Shown in pieces: positions 31,405 to 34,543 of a stretch of DNA of 34,543 nt. Below the pieces are notes generated by a model. That model saw nothing but the letters and a program-made list of their open reading frames with translations, did not search any database and had not been told where the DNA came from. The stretch spans positions 1 through 34,543 of the forward strand of contig JAFZFY010000027.1 of the NCBI GenBank assembly GCA_017555665.1. The letters are read 5' to 3'. Source of the DNA: Pseudomonadota bacterium. GTDB lineage: Bacteria > Myxococcota_A > Bradymonadia > UBA4248. The translations under genes were made by a program, and so were the position numbers. How positions within the stretch are numbered: the stretch's first letter is position 1; each line of letters opens with the position of its first letter.

Positions 31405-31453
31405 ATATTCGAGTTGCCAATGATTGTGTCTTCAAGCGCGTATAGCAGAGCCT

Positions 31454-31924
31454 TTAGAAAAGATCTTTGAGGCGGTCATGCAGGTCGCCGGATCCTTGGA
31501 GTTCATACAGGCGCGGTGATGCGGTGAGATCTGTCTGGTTTTCAAAGCTGATATCGATCGTGACGAATTCGAGCGGCTCCGCGCGGTCGACCTGTTCGAG
31601 CCATTCGATGAGGACAAGGGCATCGGGATCTTCGACCGCATCCCAGTAACCTGTCGATTCGAGTTCCTCGAGCGTGGAAAGCCTGTACAGGTCGAGATGG
31701 TGGATGGCTTTGCCGTTTGCTTCATAGCGGTTGATGATCGTGAATGAGGGCGAGCAGACATGAACGTCGGCTTCCAGATAGGTCTTGGCGATGCCGTGCA
31801 CGAGCTGGGTTTTGCCGATGCCGAGATGGCCTCGGAGGGCGATGACATCGCCGGGATGCAGGCGTGAGCCGAGCTTTTCGCCGAACTGGATCGTCTCTTC
31901 GAGGGAACAGCAACGTATGGTCAT
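31454..31924 (-). CDS. tsaE: tRNA threonylcarbamoyladenosine (t6A) biosynthesis ATPase TsaE
   Basis: P-loop LRGHLGIGKTQLVHGIAK, then SPSFTIINRY and HHLDLYRL, the TsaE/YjeE signature set. 156 aa. Confidence 0.92.
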   Translation of the reverse strand: MTIRCCSLEETIQFGEKLGSRLHPGDVIALRGHLGIGKTQLVHGIAKTYLEADVHVCSPSFTIINRYEANGKAIHHLDLYRLSTLEELESTGYWDAVEDPDALVLIEWLEQVDRAEPLEFVTIDISFENQTDLTASPRLYELQGSGDLHDRLKDLF

Positions 31925-31944
31925 AGGATCTCCAAATGGTTGTT

Positions 31945-32010
31945 TCGGCCGTATCTGCTTCGCAGATAGGCCGAAAAAAAAGGGCGTATCGGCCGTAAGG
32001 CCGATAGCCC
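31945..32010 (-). repeat. REP-like bulged-hairpin doublet (TAT/ATA-C family), canonical on minus strand. The upstream copy doubles as a terminator.
   Basis: Read on the minus strand: GGGC-TAT-CGGCC-ttac-GGCCG-ATA-c-GCCC (31982-32010) followed by T-rich TTTTTTT, then TCGGCC-TAT-CTGC-gaa-GCAG-ATA-c-GGCCGA (31945-31974). Confidence 0.68.
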
Positions 32011-32016
32011 GTTCGC

Positions 32017-32035
32017 AAAAAAGCGCACTGGCGCT
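32017..32035 (-). terminator. Short intrinsic terminator after the EEP gene
   Basis: Minus strand reads AGCGC-cagt-GCGCT followed by TTTTTT. It lies 16 nt after the TAA at 32051-32053. The stem is only 5 bp. Confidence 0.5.
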
Positions 32036-32050
32036 GATGCGGCATCTACT

Positions 32051-34168
32051 TTATTTTGACGAAACTTTATATTCGAAATCGCGAACGACTGCCATGTGCT
32101 GCATATTCGTGGCACCAGAGTCTTTTGCCTGTGCCGGAGCGATCGCGGCGAGATCGGCTTTGCTGTAGACGCGCGTGTCCACGACGTGGCCTTTGGGATA
32201 GCTGCGAGATCCGATGACTGTCGGTGTCTCGAATTTGCAGAAATCGGTGCTGCACAGCAGGTAATCGTACTGTTTGACGCGTTTTGCGTTCGTCGTGTAC
32301 TTGCCGTTCTGGTCGATCGGGAAATCGGACGCGTTCTTGCCGACGGTGAAGAGGCTTCCGAAATTGGAGCGGATGGGTGACCAGTTGACCTGGTTGAAAT
32401 CGCCGCCCATCACGACGTAATAATCGCGGTCGTCCTTGGCGATTTTCTTGTCGATCTGCGCGCGGAGCGGCCCCATTTCCTGGGTGTTGCCCGATGTGTA
32501 GAGATGAACGCTGACGGCGAGCAGGTCGCGGTCGCCCGGGATGTCGATGACTGCCCAGTCCCATTTGCGATCCGAGACCATGTTGGATGTCCAGCTTCCG
32601 CTTGAGGTGATGGGATATCTGGAGATGATGCCGTTCGGGATCTTGCCCTCGCCTCGGGCGTAGGAGAATTCATCCCCAAAGGTGTCCTTGACGAAATCGG
32701 AGATCGAGCCTTTTTTGTAGTTGAACTCCTGGATGAGGACGATATCGGGCTTGAGGCCCTTGAAGATGCGCGCGCCGTGTCCCGGATCGTAGGACTGCGC
32801 GTTGCCGGAGGTGATATTGCCGGCCATGATGCGGAGGTGGACGGTCTCGGTGGATGCGCTTTCGGCGGGCGTATCCGTGTCGATGACGTTGACGATGACG
32901 GGATCGTAATCGCGATCGTTGTAGCACCTGCCTGTGCAAGCCTCGGTGCTCGTCGAAGCGACGCGTATGGCGACTGATTTGTTGCCGTCGACCGCGTCAT
33001 CCGTGTATGCCTTGACCAGTGCGACCTGCGGGGTGTCCCAGTTGCCGGCGTTGAATATGAGTTCCTGAGGGAACACGCGGGCTTCGGAAGGATCATCCGA
33101 TTCGAACCTGACCGTGACTTCGTCTGTATCGCTTTCGGGTGCTTTGGCGAGCTGAAGGTATAACTCGCCAGAGGTGCCGCCTTCGTGGACGCTGACTTCT
33201 CGCGTGCTGAAGATGATGTCTGCATCCGGGGCTTCATTGTCGAGTGTCTCGAACGTGATCGTGCGTTCCGCGAGATCGGCATAATTCGGGTCTTCTGTCT
33301 GTGCAGGGCCGAGATGGATCGCGAACGGGACGTTTCCGTCGATCTCGTCATCATCGACAGCGGTGACGATCACGAGCTGCGGGTCATTCCAGTTTTCGGG
33401 CGTGAATACGAGTTCAGAGACGGAAGGGACGCCTTCGGTGGCATCATCGGATGTGACGGCGACGCGCACTTCTGAAGCCGGCTCGGCAGTCAGGGCGACG
33501 CCGAAAATCTCTTCGCCGCCGTCTTCGCTCAGGGTATAGCCGTCCGGAAGCAGGATATCGAGCGCATACGGTTCGCCTTCGTTGTCGATGGCGGCCTGGG
33601 CGGCCTGTATGACGAGGCAGCGGGCATAGCCTGTCGCGGTAGGGGCTGTATTTTCAGGCGTGTCCGCGATGCCGCAGCCGCAGATGCCGGGGCTTGTCTT
33701 GTCCGGGTCATCCGGGCAGAAGTCGTCATTGGGATCAAAAACGTCCGTATTCTCTGAGTCCTGGCAGGTGATGAAACGGAGCTCTGATTTGCCGTCAAAG
33801 CTCGGATCGGAGCTTGAGACCTTGAACATCAGGGCGACATCGTGTGGGCCGTCAGCCACGTGGTCGTCGATGCAAGATACCTCGATCGTCGATGCATTGG
33901 GGAAGAATCTGCCTGTCTCGCGCGCGATGTCGACCGAGACCCTGGCGGGATCGTTCGCGATGACTCGAAGCGTCAGATCGGCACTGGGATATGTGCTGGC
34001 GGCAAATGCGAAAACGGCGGGGTCGCCGCCTTCGACAAGCATGACGGATTGATCCGGGGTGACGATCAGTTTTGCCTGTTTGTCATTTCCTGTTTCTGGA
34101 TCTGCACAGGCTGAAATCACAGCACATAGGAGCGCTGTGGTCAGAAATATCCGGGCTGAACGAATCAT
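32051..34168 (-). CDS. Secreted lipoprotein with three Calx-beta-like repeats and a C-terminal endonuclease/exonuclease/phosphatase (EEP) domain
   Basis: AGGAGG lies upstream of the ATG at 34168, giving MIRSARIFLTTALLCAVISAC (lipobox). The upstream part of the 783-aa track ORF is R/P-rich and looks non-coding. Repeats resemble LVFTPENWNDPQLVIVTAVDDDEIDGN. EEP motifs are present: LRIMAGNI, PDIVLIQEF, MGGDFN, and QHMAVVRDF in place of SDH. Confidence 0.85.
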   Translation of the reverse strand: MIRSARIFLTTALLCAVISACADPETGNDKQAKLIVTPDQSVMLVEGGDPAVFAFAASTYPSADLTLRVIANDPARVSVDIARETGRFFPNASTIEVSCIDDHVADGPHDVALMFKVSSSDPSFDGKSELRFITCQDSENTDVFDPNDDFCPDDPDKTSPGICGCGIADTPENTAPTATGYARCLVIQAAQAAIDNEGEPYALDILLPDGYTLSEDGGEEIFGVALTAEPASEVRVAVTSDDATEGVPSVSELVFTPENWNDPQLVIVTAVDDDEIDGNVPFAIHLGPAQTEDPNYADLAERTITFETLDNEAPDADIIFSTREVSVHEGGTSGELYLQLAKAPESDTDEVTVRFESDDPSEARVFPQELIFNAGNWDTPQVALVKAYTDDAVDGNKSVAIRVASTSTEACTGRCYNDRDYDPVIVNVIDTDTPAESASTETVHLRIMAGNITSGNAQSYDPGHGARIFKGLKPDIVLIQEFNYKKGSISDFVKDTFGDEFSYARGEGKIPNGIISRYPITSSGSWTSNMVSDRKWDWAVIDIPGDRDLLAVSVHLYTSGNTQEMGPLRAQIDKKIAKDDRDYYVVMGGDFNQVNWSPIRSNFGSLFTVGKNASDFPIDQNGKYTTNAKRVKQYDYLLCSTDFCKFETPTVIGSRSYPKGHVVDTRVYSKADLAAIAPAQAKDSGATNMQHMAVVRDFEYKVSSK

Positions 34169-34272
34169 GTGTGCCTCCTGTGATCGCGTTTGCGGCATCC
34201 TCATACAATCGCGAGTCTGGTTTAGTCCTATATATAATAATTTGCAACCCGTTGAATTTATAAATCTCAGGT

Positions 34273-34368
34273 CGTGATCCGGTCTTCTTGAGCCCGTGGT
34301 TGTGCTGATCATAGGCCGTGATCCGGGCTTCATGCAGCCCGTGGGCGTGATCCTGTCTTTATGGGCAG
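34273..34368 (+). repeat. Three direct repeats sharing a CGTGATCC head, upstream of the EEP gene
   Basis: CGTGATCCGGTCTTCTTGAGCCCGTGG (34273-34299), CGTGATCCGGGCTTCATGCAGCCCGTGG (34317-34344) and CGTGATCCTGTCTTTATGGGCAG (34346-34368). Copy 2 contains the inverted repeat CGGGCT/AGCCCG. Confidence 0.75.
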
Positions 34369-34400
34369 ACAGCCGCCTTTGGCAAGGCTGTGTCGAGGGC

Positions 34401-34429
34401 AAAAAAAAAGCCCCTGATCGATCAGGGGC
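34401..34429 (-). terminator. Rho-independent terminator after the tRNA
   Basis: Minus strand reads GCCCCTGATC/GATCAGGGGC, a perfect palindrome (34410-34429), followed by T9 (plus-strand A-run 34401-34409). Confidence 0.88.
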
Positions 34430-34432
34430 CGA

Positions 34433-34506
34433 AGCGAGTTACGGGACTCGAACCCGCGACAGCCAGATCCACAATCTGGAGCTCTACCGACTGAGCTACT
34501 TTCGCC
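34433..34506 (-). tRNA. tRNA-His (GUG)-like gene with encoded G-1. The acceptor stem is poorly paired in my hand fold.
   Basis: Minus strand: G-GCGAAAG-TA-GCTC-AGTCGGTA-GAGC-T-CCAGA-TTGTGGA-TCTGG-CTGTC-GCGGG-TTCGAGT-CCCGT-AACTCGC-T. The D, anticodon (GTG) and T arms are canonical. Acceptor positions 5-7 do not pair with 66-68. No CCA is encoded. Confidence 0.72.
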
Positions 34507-34543
34507 ATTGAACGGTAATATGATACCGAAAGCGGCTGCGGAT

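Noticed and set aside
34170-34543. An integrated mobile element or prophage end at the tRNA-His gene.
   Set aside because: No integrase, excisionase or phage gene is visible adjacent to the tRNA in this window. The next gene is a lipoprotein with ordinary composition. Only the mispaired acceptor stem hints at past recombination, and that is reported separately with a caveat.

Overview
Moderately GC-rich chromosomal segment from a diderm (Gram-negative-type) bacterium. I cannot place the taxon by eye. I support about 24 protein genes, one tRNA-His-like gene, several intrinsic terminators and three sigma70-like promoters.

Content is mainly housekeeping and cell-envelope genes:
- A minus-strand run of Slt70-like lytic transglycosylase, GNAT acetyltransferase and a large GAF-like protein, then fxsA.
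- rpmB, a YcbB/LdtD-like L,D-transpeptidase and a Cys/His-repeat protein.
- An ftsH-folP-cdaA-cdaR block followed by an exported HEAT-repeat protein.
- A minus-strand run of a THUMP RNA methyltransferase, an SPPY-type DNA-methyltransferase-like gene and a DCTPP1/MazG-like NTP pyrophosphatase. The last two are joined by an ATGA overlap.
- A tail-anchored Ser/Thr kinase divergent from an OmpA-like protein.
- Three consecutive lipoprotein genes: TPR, beta-propeller and a 57-Cys modular protein.
- A coiled-coil membrane protein plus a processive GT2 synthase, then tsaE and a Calx-beta-like/EEP nuclease-phosphatase lipoprotein.

I saw no CRISPR array, transposase, integrase or recognisable defence operon.

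The most unusual signals are:
1. A covarying family of 15 bulged hairpins (X-TAT-Y-loop-Y'-ATA-C-X') in tandem same-orientation groups of two to four, in six intergenic spacers.
2. A near-perfect 30-bp in-frame tandem array encoding (HCGEDHCCDG)n.
3. The translationally coupled methyltransferase and dCTPase-like pair.
4. The modular cysteine-rich lipoprotein.
5. A tRNA-His-like gene whose acceptor stem does not pair in my hand fold.

All domain calls come from motif recognition by eye. No database search or folding program was run.
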